Of a DNA stretch of 64,000 bases, positions 46,574-57,257 are shown one piece after another; within the stretch, counting starts at the first letter, position 1, and each line of letters starts with the position of its first letter. Below the pieces are notes generated by a model. That model ran no database searches. It was not told where the DNA came from and saw nothing but the letters and a program-made list of their open reading frames with translations. The stretch is from a virus (lineage: Duplodnaviria; Caudoviricetes): the IMG/VR virus record IMGVR_UViG_3300005973_000002, one strand, 5' to 3'. The position numbers and the translations under genes were made by a program.

Positions 46574-49500
46574 ATGATTGATCGTGATGACATTCCGCAG
46601 AAAATTCTGCTAGAAAACTCTGAAGAAGAACGAAGCTCAACCTCTGAAGGTGCTTTGGTCGTATTCGAGCAAGATGATTATGCCGAAGAGACCAAGCAAA
46701 CGATCGGTGATTTCTTTAGAACAAAGTTGCAAGAAGAAAACAAACGGAGTGTTGCTCAAATCAGCGACGGGCCTGAGTTGGAAATTTTCAACGAAACAAA
46801 TCCGGAAGACTCAAACAATTCATATATCGCCAAACGACCTGATGAACAAAGAGTAGCCTTTGAAAGGCAATCACAAAGTGGATTTTTTAATAGAGATGTG
46901 GTGCCTGGTAAGGCAGTAGTTGGAATTGGCCAAAATGAAATACAGGCTTCTGCCTTATTGGACATTGTAAACGAAACTCCAGGATTCATTGCTAGTGAGG
47001 TTGAAAACACCATTGGTGAAAATGCTTCATTTGGACCAAATCAAAAGTACATTTCAAATTCAGAAAACTCCGAAGATACGTTTGTTACTGAAGAAGTCGC
47101 AGGCACAAGGCGTCACCTAATTCAAACAGAATTTGGCACTCATGGACCTCAAAAACTATTTGATAATGTCCAAGTCGAAGAAGGGATTACACCTACCCTA
47201 ACAATACAACAACTTAAAAATTTGGGCGGTCAAATTTTATTAGAAGCTTCTGGAGAAGTATTTATTCCATCGGACCCATCAAACATAGAACAAGCTTTGG
47301 CGGCCAGAGGAACTACGGCTGCGGTTCCTGGTGCTGCACGTTTAGGTTTCAAAGTTGATCGAAACAGGTTTGGAGCGTTGCAAACACTCCAAGCAAATAC
47401 AAATCCCGATCTAATCAAGCCTGGAGTGGATATAGATTTGTCCTCACCCTCACGGGGATCTTATGGTTCGTTCAACAATCCATTCGTACCATTCGATGGA
47501 ATACTCACCGGGCTTTCCAGTGCTGTTGCAGGAACACTACTGGCTATAACGTTCTCAGAAATTTTTATACTTTTATCAGAAATCCTTTCCTTTGAGAGGG
47601 GAACTGGTGAAGCATTGTCAGAAATAAACAGTATTGAAAATGGAAAGCCACCCGAAGATTCGGATACAATCGCCACCAGAAGACGACGCCTAGGTTCATA
47701 CGTTCCAAAGAGACCAGAAGAAGATCCAAATCTGGAACGTGATCCAGGAGATTTGGGATTTGCTTTATTGGGTATTGATAATGCTAATTTTTTGACAGAC
47801 ACACAATTTTCATATAGAGATGCATTGCAGCAAGGTGTAAAAATATTTTTTGGATTGAGTAATGAAAATTTTATTCCAGGCGTTGCATCAGCAGCCACCA
47901 AAATTGTAGAAACTCCGGGATATTACAATGGAATATTAAGAAGTTTGACACGTGCAGTGACGGATCCCCTGTTTGATATTGCTGGAAGTGTTGCTTCCCT
48001 TTCCGGTGAAGATCTCAGTCTTCAGGCATCTGATCCGGGAAACGTCAACCCCATTACGGGGCCATCGAGTGATCCAACAAGCTTGGTTGGTATCATAGAT
48101 GTTTTGAGAGATTCGAAGTTCTTAAAGTTTATGAATGTTCTTGCTGCGATCGGGGATATAGCTTTAAGACAAGGAACGCTCATTTCTGATATTGATTCTA
48201 TAAGAGATACTATCGAAAACCCGAATCAGCAAGAAGGCGAGCCAGAATTAATAGTTAATATTTCTTCTCTGCATAAGAAAAATCGTCTTTCCAATAGAGT
48301 GGAGCCGCAATTTAGAGGTGCGCTTGCTTGGGGTTCTAACACGGTTCGCTCTATGTTTTTATTGAATGACAAAATTACACAAGCTGAAGACATTTATAGT
48401 CCAGAGACAAGCAACTATACTAGGCTTGCAGGCAATAGAAATGTCAAATTAACAAAAGAGCGTAGATTGTCTCAAACAGAAGTCAGACTAATGGAGCGAG
48501 AACTTGATTCTTATTATGTTCCATTTTATTTTCATGATTTAAGAACAAACGAAATAATATCTTTTCATGCATTTTTAGAAAACATAACTGATTCGTATGA
48601 TGTCATTTATAATGAATCAGAAGGGTATGGAAGAATTGGTAAAGTATACAGTTACCAAAACACCGATAGAACAATAACTCTTTCATTCAAGGCCGTATCG
48701 ACAAATCCAGGTGATTTTAGCGAAATGTGGTATAAAATCAATAAGCTGGTTATGTTGCTGTATCCACAGTACACAGCGGGTCGTTCGGTGTCATTTGATA
48801 GCCAAAAATTCATTCAACCATTTTCGCAAATACCTTCATCAACTCCCTTGATTCGACTTAGGGTTGGAGATCTCATCAAGAGTAACTACAGCGATTTTGA
48901 TCTGGCAAGACTTTTTGGCATTGGAACAGAAAGTTTCCAACTTTCTGAGCAGGCAAGAGAGCAAAATGCAGAAGCGCAAGAACGATTAAGGTTAGGTCAA
49001 ACAGAAGCTCGAATACAATTTGAATTATACAATTTTCAAGTCGGAGATATTTTTACTTTTGCTCGACCAATTGATCAAGTTGGCTCCACCGTACCCCGAA
49101 GTTCGCCAGAGTCTATTATTAAAGTTATTGAAAACGAACAACAATTCAGGGAAAGGACGAGACAAAGAGGAAGACAGCGACATAACAGAACAAGGCTTCC
49201 AAGCATACCTGTTGGTGCTAGAGCCAGAGTCGTTGGTGCAGAAGCTGCTGCGCAGAAAAAATATCGTATTATATTCGTTCCTGCACTTACAGGCACTGAT
49301 GGCGGCACACAATATGAAATTGATTTCAGTGGGGAGTCGGCCGGGATGATAATTCCCGACCCTATATCTTTACTTGAAAACGCACAAAGGAACGCACAGG
49401 TCTTACAAGAAGAAGATGGCACGGCAACTGATCAGCAAATTACAGATTTTAACAACAACGAAAGTGTTAGAAACTTTTTTGCAACAACAGACAGGGATGC

Positions 49501-49882
49501 AGAAGCTGTAGATGCCAATCCAATATTCAAAGCTTTTGATTCCACGAGAGGTCAAGGTTTAGCAGGTGTAATAAAAAGTCTTGCTTTCAACTGGGACGGT
49601 GCAATTTGGGAGACTGAAGGTTTAAACAATCGGGCTCCAAAGTGGTGCACAATTGATATTACATTTGCACCGGTTTACGACATCAACCCAGGACTTGATG
49701 CCAATGGCAATATGATTGGTGCTCCTTATAACATCGGCACTATACTTGATCAAATTAAAATTACAAGAAATCGGGATGCTGAAAAGTTGGCAGCGGCCGT
49801 AAATAACAATAGGCAGGCTTCTGTTTCCCTGGACGATGAAGAGGATATAGATCCTGACGCTTTGGCTAATTTCTTAGGATAA
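46574..49882 (+). CDS. large tail tube-initiator/baseplate protein
   Basis: YVPFYFHDLR..IISF.AFL..ITD.Y...GYGR..VY.Y..T.R.I.LSF...LYPQY...P.IRLR.GD tube-like domain. Confidence 0.65.
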   Translation: MIDRDDIPQKILLENSEEERSSTSEGALVVFEQDDYAEETKQTIGDFFRTKLQEENKRSVAQISDGPELEIFNETNPEDSNNSYIAKRPDEQRVAFERQSQSGFFNRDVVPGKAVVGIGQNEIQASALLDIVNETPGFIASEVENTIGENASFGPNQKYISNSENSEDTFVTEEVAGTRRHLIQTEFGTHGPQKLFDNVQVEEGITPTLTIQQLKNLGGQILLEASGEVFIPSDPSNIEQALAARGTTAAVPGAARLGFKVDRNRFGALQTLQANTNPDLIKPGVDIDLSSPSRGSYGSFNNPFVPFDGILTGLSSAVAGTLLAITFSEIFILLSEILSFERGTGEALSEINSIENGKPPEDSDTIATRRRRLGSYVPKRPEEDPNLERDPGDLGFALLGIDNANFLTDTQFSYRDALQQGVKIFFGLSNENFIPGVASAATKIVETPGYYNGILRSLTRAVTDPLFDIAGSVASLSGEDLSLQASDPGNVNPITGPSSDPTSLVGIIDVLRDSKFLKFMNVLAAIGDIALRQGTLISDIDSIRDTIENPNQQEGEPELIVNISSLHKKNRLSNRVEPQFRGALAWGSNTVRSMFLLNDKITQAEDIYSPETSNYTRLAGNRNVKLTKERRLSQTEVRLMERELDSYYVPFYFHDLRTNEIISFHAFLENITDSYDVIYNESEGYGRIGKVYSYQNTDRTITLSFKAVSTNPGDFSEMWYKINKLVMLLYPQYTAGRSVSFDSQKFIQPFSQIPSSTPLIRLRVGDLIKSNYSDFDLARLFGIGTESFQLSEQAREQNAEAQERLRLGQTEARIQFELYNFQVGDIFTFARPIDQVGSTVPRSSPESIIKVIENEQQFRERTRQRGRQRHNRTRLPSIPVGARARVVGAEAAAQKKYRIIFVPALTGTDGGTQYEIDFSGESAGMIIPDPISLLENAQRNAQVLQEEDGTATDQQITDFNNNESVRNFFATTDRDAEAVDANPIFKAFDSTRGQGLAGVIKSLAFNWDGAIWETEGLNNRAPKWCTIDITFAPVYDINPGLDANGNMIGAPYNIGTILDQIKITRNRDAEKLAAAVNNNRQASVSLDDEEDIDPDALANFLG

Positions 49883-49886
49883 TAAA

Positions 49887-50180
49887 ATGGCCCTAAATCG
49901 CTATGCAAGAACAAGAATAATTGGACTTAATTTCCGGTATGCTACTTCTTTTGCCATACCAGCAATAAGAGAAAATATAGCAAATGGCAATATACGATTT
50001 TCTGAAATAATTTTGGATGAAAGAGTTCGTTTGGATATATTAGCTGGTGAAGCATATGGGGATGGACGACTAAGTTGGGTTATTGCAGCCGCTTCAGGTA
50101 TTGGTTGGCAACTACAAGCACCACCTGGAACGTTGATTCGCATACCAGAACTTGAAGATGTTGCACGTTACGTGGCTTAA
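49887..50180 (+). CDS. LysM-like baseplate wedge protein (gp53/tail X-like)
   Basis: RLDILA..AYGDG.L.WVIA.AS...PG..IRIP. Confidence 0.85.
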   Translation: MALNRYARTRIIGLNFRYATSFAIPAIRENIANGNIRFSEIILDERVRLDILAGEAYGDGRLSWVIAAASGIGWQLQAPPGTLIRIPELEDVARYVA

Positions 50181-50284
50181 ATGATACAACATATCCTAAT
50201 TTGTTAGCAGCCAGTTTAAACGTATGTAATATTTTAAATGGCAAAAGAGCGTCTACCAAAGGATATACACTTATTAGAATATAA
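50180..50284 (+). pseudogene. remnant of homing-endonuclease C-terminal HTH
   Basis: TYPNLLAAS...NVCNILNGKRASTKGY resembles the ends of the GIY-YIG proteins here (RVISGQRNHYKGW, RVARGKQEEYKGW). Confidence 0.5.
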
Positions 50285-50328
50285 GCGAACAAATTTGCAA
50301 TATTGTATCTACACTATTTACCTAAGAA

Positions 50329-53300
50329 ATGATCAACCGTCAACAAAGACTCGCACAGGCAGTAAACGTGCTATCCAAATATTTTGGGATTCACACAGTA
50401 AGCGATCTTGCTGCAAGAATTGCTCTTGATCAATTTGATGGTTCGGTTAGCGATGGTCAGGGTCGAGGCGCACAAAGTCAAGGTTCTGGTGATGACCAAC
50501 GAACAACAGCAATTGCTCCTACAAATATAGAAAAAAGGCTTATAGAACTAATGTTCGACACTTCTGAAGGAGGGCGAACAATCTATCAACTTATTAATGA
50601 TCTCAATGAACAAATAAATGCCGCAGAGGATAGCGAACAATTGAGACAAGCTTTTGGAAGGCTTGTTCAAATACACTATGCAAATGGTCCAAATGGACCC
50701 ATTAGTTTGGTTGACCCCGAAGAGGTGAACGTTCCAGAACAACAAGAATCTGGTGATGGCGATTCTCCAACAATAACTGAGGTAGAACGAGTTTCGATTC
50801 GTCAAATGTTAGGTTACGGCGACAACGAAACCAGAATCAACAGCAGACCAACAGAACCTTCAAAAGAACATCCTGGGTTGTCAATTGTCTTATCTAACTC
50901 ACCCAGGGTTTCTCTTGAGAGTCAAAATGTCGGTGCTTCTACCATTTTCTTCAATGGGGTGCCAAACATTGAGTTATCAAGAGCTGTTCCGTATATTAAT
51001 ATTGACTTCTTCTTCCCAGCGCCTCCAACAGGACCAAATGATAGGATGCAAACACTTTCATTGACTAAATTTTTAGAAGGCGCTAAAGAAGTTAGGCAAG
51101 GTAGTCCATTAGAACTTATGACACAGGCAAACACCACAGAAGGTACGCTTGTGTCAACCCAGCAAGCAGAACCGGATCAGCCAGTTCCAGAAATATATTC
51201 GGTAGCTGGCATGGAATTGTTTACTTCACCACAAACCCTTGTGAATGCAGACGTATCTGCTGCACCAAGTGCAGAAAGGTCAAATCCGGTTCTTGATAAA
51301 TTCAGACCGTTAATGTCGTTACAAGATTTGACCATTTCCGTAGCACCGTCAGCAGGAATGATGGCTTTCAAACGAGGTGAAATGACAATAATTCTGCATG
51401 ATCGTTCACGTCTCCCAGAGGTTGCAAGGTTTGTTAAGCCAGATCTTTATGGACAAAATGAAATCCAAATTGAATATGGATGGTCCCATCCAGATGGCGG
51501 CCTTGTTACCACAGTAAATGGAATATCCACCTCAAGAAATGGTTCTTTAAATCCTTATGGAGATCTTATCGATGGAATGAGAGTTAAAGAAAAATATATG
51601 GTGGTAAATTCTTCGTTTAACTTTGATAGTTCAGGTCAGGTTATTATTAAATTAAATATCGCAATGCGAGGCGCAGCAGCATTTAATACTGAACTTATGT
51701 CAAGCGATAATCAAACGTTCGGAAACTTAATTCAGGAAATTGAAGAATTGCAAAACACAATTGCAGAACTCCGTGAAAGAGTTTTCCCACCAAGTACAGC
51801 TTCTACTCAAAGGGAAATTAGAGGTCGACAAATATTAGATGCAGCACAGGATGCAATGTCTCATCCCAATCTTACAAATGATCTACGTGAAGCATTAAGA
51901 GATTTTAGAAGAGCTTATCAAAATTCATCCAATCCAAGCGCAAGAGAACTTGTTCAAAGAATAGAAAGTATTTTCGGCGATGATGTACGTCGCCGTCGGC
52001 GAGGTGAAACCTTAGAACCAAGACTTTCCAGTGGCGAACCAACTGTAGTTCAAAGATTGAGAAACACAATTGCTGACAGTGTTAGAAGAAAGATGTCAGT
52101 CATTCAAAGTAGTCCTGATCCGTTTCTTGTTAATGATGCTGAAATGGGACAAAGGAGACTTTTAGCTGCCAATGAAAGCGAAGGGCTTTCTGCTGCCGAA
52201 AGTAGGCGCTTGCGTCAATTTGAGAGCAGTGCATTACAAGTTACCTTAACAAGTCAACAGCCTGTTTCTTTGGCAAAGCTACTGCTTGCATTTGTCGGCG
52301 AGCCTTTAGCGAATTCTGGCCAGTACGACGACATTCAGCTTATTTTTTATCCTTTCAATGAAAAGGCTGGTAAAGCAAATCGATTAAATATAGGAAATTT
52401 TATTGTTGATGCAGATTATTTCGCTGACGAATTGGCAAGATATAGACTTAGTCATGTTGGCAGGTCATCAGTTATGTCTCTTAGAGAATTTGTGCAATTC
52501 GTGGGAGATACCATAGTAGATGATCCAGCTGCACCTTCGTATGGCTTGAAAGACGAAAGGGGTCCGCTGTTTGAAGCTTTTGTTGACGATGATGGCAGAG
52601 TAAGAGGAACTAGAGCTGTAGACGAAGCTCCCAATCACCAAACACGCTTACAGGCCGTTTTACAAGGCGTAACGCCTGACGGCACATTTGCCGCACCTCA
52701 AATTGAACTGTATGTTGAAGCCTTGCCTCAGTTGGGTGGCACAGCTGACGGCGAAGATACATCAGCAAATAATGGAAAAACGATTCTACGGCTTCATTTT
52801 TTTGATCGGCAAAGCACATCATATGAAAGTTTAGGACGCCTCTTGAGGTCTACCAGAACCGAAACACTGCAATCTGTTGGCCGGTTCCCTCCCATCCAAG
52901 GTGGTAATACAGGTGCTATAAATATCAGACGTGATATTGCAAACACGACTTTAGCAGCTGCTGAAGCCACGGGACTTGTTCAAAAAATCCCAGCAAATTC
53001 TCCGCCTGGACAAGAACATCCTTCGCCAGTTGACGTTCAATATAGATTAATAGGCGGCCCACAAAAACTGAAAGAATTCATCATGCAAAATTCACCATAT
53101 ATCATCTATGGTGCTGCTGGTACAACAGTAAAAAATGCGCAATTAGCTTCGTTACAAGAACCTGCTTTGAATACAGTTAACCTTATCAGAAGCTTTAGAA
53201 GAGAAGAAAGCATTACACCAAACGGTGAAGATGCTGGCGGCTTACCAATGCAAATTATACCAACTCAATTGTCTGTTGAATGTTTCGGAAATCCTTTATT

Positions 53301-53571
53301 GCAATATGCTCAACAATACTTTATTGATTTTCAATCAGGTACTACAGCAGATAACTTTTATTCAGTAATTGGCATAGATCATAGTTTCAAACAAGGAGAT
53401 TTTACAACGCAAATTAGCTTTGGACCAGCGGACGCCTGGGGAGAGTATCGTTCGTTTATTGGAAGCATTCAACAAGCGCTTGATGTTCTTCGAGAAGTTG
53501 AAAACGAACAACAACAAGCTGGTGTTGATAATGATACAGGTCAATCACGACCTGGTACCGGACAGACATAA
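50329..53571 (+). CDS. baseplate hub-like protein (gp27/late control D-like)
   Basis: IEYGWSHP, C-terminal G.P......FIDF...T..DN.Y.VIGIDHSF..G.FTT; position after LysM gene. Confidence 0.7.
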   Translation: MINRQQRLAQAVNVLSKYFGIHTVSDLAARIALDQFDGSVSDGQGRGAQSQGSGDDQRTTAIAPTNIEKRLIELMFDTSEGGRTIYQLINDLNEQINAAEDSEQLRQAFGRLVQIHYANGPNGPISLVDPEEVNVPEQQESGDGDSPTITEVERVSIRQMLGYGDNETRINSRPTEPSKEHPGLSIVLSNSPRVSLESQNVGASTIFFNGVPNIELSRAVPYINIDFFFPAPPTGPNDRMQTLSLTKFLEGAKEVRQGSPLELMTQANTTEGTLVSTQQAEPDQPVPEIYSVAGMELFTSPQTLVNADVSAAPSAERSNPVLDKFRPLMSLQDLTISVAPSAGMMAFKRGEMTIILHDRSRLPEVARFVKPDLYGQNEIQIEYGWSHPDGGLVTTVNGISTSRNGSLNPYGDLIDGMRVKEKYMVVNSSFNFDSSGQVIIKLNIAMRGAAAFNTELMSSDNQTFGNLIQEIEELQNTIAELRERVFPPSTASTQREIRGRQILDAAQDAMSHPNLTNDLREALRDFRRAYQNSSNPSARELVQRIESIFGDDVRRRRRGETLEPRLSSGEPTVVQRLRNTIADSVRRKMSVIQSSPDPFLVNDAEMGQRRLLAANESEGLSAAESRRLRQFESSALQVTLTSQQPVSLAKLLLAFVGEPLANSGQYDDIQLIFYPFNEKAGKANRLNIGNFIVDADYFADELARYRLSHVGRSSVMSLREFVQFVGDTIVDDPAAPSYGLKDERGPLFEAFVDDDGRVRGTRAVDEAPNHQTRLQAVLQGVTPDGTFAAPQIELYVEALPQLGGTADGEDTSANNGKTILRLHFFDRQSTSYESLGRLLRSTRTETLQSVGRFPPIQGGNTGAINIRRDIANTTLAAAEATGLVQKIPANSPPGQEHPSPVDVQYRLIGGPQKLKEFIMQNSPYIIYGAAGTTVKNAQLASLQEPALNTVNLIRSFRREESITPNGEDAGGLPMQIIPTQLSVECFGNPLLQYAQQYFIDFQSGTTADNFYSVIGIDHSFKQGDFTTQISFGPADAWGEYRSFIGSIQQALDVLREVENEQQQAGVDNDTGQSRPGTGQT

Positions 53572-53621
53572 AACCCGAGACTGATATAAACTGGTAATAT
53601 GTTGGCTTAGACTGTGGTGTC

Positions 53622-54521
53622 ATGTCCAAACCATATGATTATGAAAAAAGTGTAGCATTAATCTACGAAAATGATTCGCATCGTGGACCAGGCAAAGTGG
53701 TTCAAAATCTAAAACTTGGCCTTGAGAAGATTGGTGTTTCGGTTATTCCTGAATATAGTGGCCACCCTTGGAAGTACACAGGTTGCTTACAGTTTTGTAA
53801 GCCGCAATTAATTTCAAGTTATGCATCTACTGGACGCCCTATGCTCATGGGCCCGAACTTGTTTGTTTTACCTACCGATAATCCATCTCTGTGCAAGCTA
53901 TTCCAGCACTTTGTTGTGCCATCTGAGTGGGTGAAAAAAACGTATCAAGAATTTGATTTGATGAATGGAAAAAACATTCATGTTTGGTCTGTTGGTATTG
54001 ACACTGATGTTTGGAAACCGTCCGAGCAAGGTAAAACAGGTGATATAGATTGCATCGTTTACTTTAAAAATCGTTCCGACCAAGACCTAGCTGTTGTTGA
54101 AGCGATTTGTCGAAAATTTGATTTAAAGTATGAGCTTTTCAAATATGGCAGTTATCTAGAACAGGATCTGCATAAGTCAGCCACAACAAAAGCCAAGTTT
54201 GCTATTCTTTGCACGGGAACAGAGAGTCAAGGTATTGCTTACATGCAGTTACTTTCGGCTGGGTTACCTTGTTATGTTTTTAACAATCCACTTTGGAAAT
54301 CTGAAGACGGGAAACATACAGCAGTAGCTTCTTCTGTGCCATATTTTGACGAACGTTGCGGATACGTAATCAACAACGTTGATCTTGATCACTTCAAAGA
54401 GTTCTTAAAAAATATTGATAATTTTCATCCAAGAGACTATATCCTAGATAAACACACTCTTGAAGAAGCAGCACAAAAATACTTTGACCTGTTGAGAACA
54501 AGCAATGGCGAACAACTCTGA
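53622..54521 (+). CDS. GT-B (GT4-like) glycosyltransferase
   Basis: VPSEWV, GIDTD.WKP, ESQGIA....SAG.P. Confidence 0.7.
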   Translation: MSKPYDYEKSVALIYENDSHRGPGKVVQNLKLGLEKIGVSVIPEYSGHPWKYTGCLQFCKPQLISSYASTGRPMLMGPNLFVLPTDNPSLCKLFQHFVVPSEWVKKTYQEFDLMNGKNIHVWSVGIDTDVWKPSEQGKTGDIDCIVYFKNRSDQDLAVVEAICRKFDLKYELFKYGSYLEQDLHKSATTKAKFAILCTGTESQGIAYMQLLSAGLPCYVFNNPLWKSEDGKHTAVASSVPYFDERCGYVINNVDLDHFKEFLKNIDNFHPRDYILDKHTLEEAAQKYFDLLRTSNGEQL

Positions 54522-55371
54522 AAAACCACTAGTATCTTGCATAACCCCATCTTTCCGCATGGAGAGATACCTTAAAACCTTTCTGGATCGATTGCCGGAG
54601 CAAACTATTTTTGATCGAATACAAGTGGTGCTTGATCATAATGAACCAACTGAACAAGAACTTTCCTGGGTTAAAGAATTTGAAGAAAAGTATCCTGGAG
54701 TTATCAAACACGTTGTGGTTGATCCGGTAGAGCCAATTGGTATTTCAATGAACCGTTGCATTAATTTGGCTGATGGAGATTTTGTTGCCATTTGGAACGT
54801 TGATGACTTACGCACTCCTGATAGTCTTGAAAAACAAGCTAATGTCTTGTTAGAAAATGAAGATGTTGATGTTGTGCATGGTAACTTTGTTATTGTTAAT
54901 TCATTTCCCCATTTCAAGGGAAAGATGATTGATCATAGTCAATACAAGTTCAATCAAAAAGAATATACACGCAGTATGGTTCTTGGGCCATTTTTTATGT
55001 GGCGCAAATCTCTTTGCGACAAGGCAGGAAAATTTGACGAGCAATTGAAGTCTGGAGCTGATTTTGATCTTGCAATCCGGTTGGCAATACACGGTAAAGT
55101 TGATATAGCGCACGGAGTGCTTGGCTACTACCTTGACGAAGGCCGGGGGGCTTCAACACGTGGTGACAGCATTCAACCAATTGAACGTACCTTGATTGAA
55201 ATGAGATACGGAATATTGGATAAACTTGTTCACAGTTGGATGCCCGAAGTGAACAAAAGAAAATACATTGTAGAAAAACTAGTCTTTGATAATAAAGCAC
55301 ACCGAATTGAAGATTATGTTCCGGACTATTCAAACTTTCGGCACAGAAACACCAAGCTGGCCAAATCCTGA
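54505..55371 (+). CDS. GT2 glycosyltransferase
   Basis: VSCITPSF, N..I..A.GDFV...DD, DFDL.IRL. Confidence 0.9.
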   Translation: MANNSEKPLVSCITPSFRMERYLKTFLDRLPEQTIFDRIQVVLDHNEPTEQELSWVKEFEEKYPGVIKHVVVDPVEPIGISMNRCINLADGDFVAIWNVDDLRTPDSLEKQANVLLENEDVDVVHGNFVIVNSFPHFKGKMIDHSQYKFNQKEYTRSMVLGPFFMWRKSLCDKAGKFDEQLKSGADFDLAIRLAIHGKVDIAHGVLGYYLDEGRGASTRGDSIQPIERTLIEMRYGILDKLVHSWMPEVNKRKYIVEKLVFDNKAHRIEDYVPDYSNFRHRNTKLAKS

Positions 55372-55380
55372 GAGGAAAGC

Positions 55381-56274
55381 ATGACAGAAAAAATGAGAAT
55401 TATGGCTTTATTGCCATTTCGAAATGAAGCCCATGTGCTTCCATCTTATTTTTCAACCGTTGCTCCACTGGTTGAAAAGATTATTGCAATTGATGATGGT
55501 TCCACAGACAATTCAGTAGAAATTATGAAAAAGGCTGGTGCTGACGTTTATTCTTGGGACAAAGAAAGAATGAAGTTCGGTTGGGCTGAATTGGGTATCC
55601 GGCAAAGACTTTTGGAGTTGGGCCGTGAGGCTGGAGGTACTCATTTTATTGTTTTAGATGCTGATGAAACGTTTACTCGCCCCTTTGTGGGAGTTTCGAC
55701 CAAAGTTTTCCGACAACTGGAGCCTGGTCAAAAAGTTTTAATGCAATGGTTAGCAATGTGGAAATCCGTTGACCATTACCGAGATGACAATAGTGTATGG
55801 AGTAACAACTATAAAGATTTCATTTTTAGGGATGATGGCGAAAGCAACTATCCAGAAGTTTGGATGCATACTCCACGAACTCCGGGTCGATTTGCGAATC
55901 ATGACCAAGATTTGACATTAAATCCAAAGTATGGTGCAGTAATGCACTTTCAATTTAGCAACTGGGATACATTTCAAATCAAACAGTGCTGGTGTCGAAT
56001 GTCTGAATTTATCAAAGATCCAGAATCGGCACAAAATGTCAATAACAAATATAGGATAACACTAGATGAAGATGCTGTAGTAATGCCACTGCCCGACAAT
56101 TGGAAAGAGGGCGTAAAACTACCAAAAATATCTTACCAAGATGACGTTTATTCTTTTTGGCGCTTAAAGGAAATAGAAAACTGGTTTGAAATTCATGGTG
56201 TAGATTTTTTCCGCAACCTAGAAATCTGGCATGTGCCACAAATTTGTGAGGTATCAAAGCGTTATGAAAAGTAA
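55381..56274 (+). CDS. GT2-like glycosyltransferase
   Basis: FRNEA, AIDDGSTDNS, LDADE, MHF. Confidence 0.85.
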   Translation: MTEKMRIMALLPFRNEAHVLPSYFSTVAPLVEKIIAIDDGSTDNSVEIMKKAGADVYSWDKERMKFGWAELGIRQRLLELGREAGGTHFIVLDADETFTRPFVGVSTKVFRQLEPGQKVLMQWLAMWKSVDHYRDDNSVWSNNYKDFIFRDDGESNYPEVWMHTPRTPGRFANHDQDLTLNPKYGAVMHFQFSNWDTFQIKQCWCRMSEFIKDPESAQNVNNKYRITLDEDAVVMPLPDNWKEGVKLPKISYQDDVYSFWRLKEIENWFEIHGVDFFRNLEIWHVPQICEVSKRYEK

Positions 56275-57256
56275 AGCACTTGTTACAGGCGCCGCAGGGT
56301 TATTTGGTGCTAACTACTGCAAATATCTTTGTGATAAGGGTTATGAAGTCATTGGAATGGACAACCTGTCTGGTGGTTATCGAGACTTTGTAGATTCACG
56401 TGTAGAATTCTACCCCTGGGATATAAAACACACTTTTAGCGTCAACGAAGTATTTGAAGCACACAAACCGGACTACGTTGTTCATTTTGCGGCATACGCA
56501 GCGTGTGGATTGTCGCCGTTTATTCGTATTTTTAACTACGAAAACAACATCATTACGTCTGCCAATCTAATCAACGAAGCCATTCGCTTTGATGTCAAGA
56601 AATTCATTTTTGCGTCGTCAATGACCGTTTATGGTGATAATCCACCGCCTTTTACCGAGGACATGCCTTACAATCCCTCAGACCCATATGCTATAGCTAA
56701 AATGGCTGTTGAACTTGATTTAAAAGATGCCCACCAGCGCCATGGGTTAGATTATGCAATTGTGCGCCCACATAACGTACATGGTATATATCAAAATATA
56801 TGGGATCGCTATCGTAACGTAATTGGGATCTTCATACGAAAAGCTCTCAACGAAGAGGACTTGCTTGTTTATGGTGATGGTTCACAAATTAGAGCATTTT
56901 CGGATGTAAAATACTATATGGAACCAATTGAGAAGTTAATGTTCGAACATTCAGCAGAAACATTTAATATTGGTGCAGATAAACCAGTAACCATCCTAGA
57001 GCTTGCACAGTTGGTACAAAAAGTGGCTTTCGAATACGGTTACAAAACAAACATCAAACATGCTGAGCCAAGAAAAGAAGTTCATACGGCCTACTGTGAT
57101 CATAGCAAGGCAAAGAAACTTTTAGATTTTGAGGATAAAACCGACCTAGAAGAACTTATTCGTAAAATGTTTGTTTGGGCAGAAGGTCAACCAAACAGAA
57201 AAGTTAAAAAGATGGACATTGAACTAGATAAAAGACTTTATTCATACTGGAAATAG
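56264..57256 (+). CDS. NAD-dependent epimerase/dehydratase
   Basis: GAAGLFG, ASS..VYG, YAIAK, RPHNV.G. Confidence 0.93.
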   Translation: MKSKALVTGAAGLFGANYCKYLCDKGYEVIGMDNLSGGYRDFVDSRVEFYPWDIKHTFSVNEVFEAHKPDYVVHFAAYAACGLSPFIRIFNYENNIITSANLINEAIRFDVKKFIFASSMTVYGDNPPPFTEDMPYNPSDPYAIAKMAVELDLKDAHQRHGLDYAIVRPHNVHGIYQNIWDRYRNVIGIFIRKALNEEDLLVYGDGSQIRAFSDVKYYMEPIEKLMFEHSAETFNIGADKPVTILELAQLVQKVAFEYGYKTNIKHAEPRKEVHTAYCDHSKAKKLLDFEDKTDLEELIRKMFVWAEGQPNRKVKKMDIELDKRLYSYWK

Positions 57257-57257
57257 T

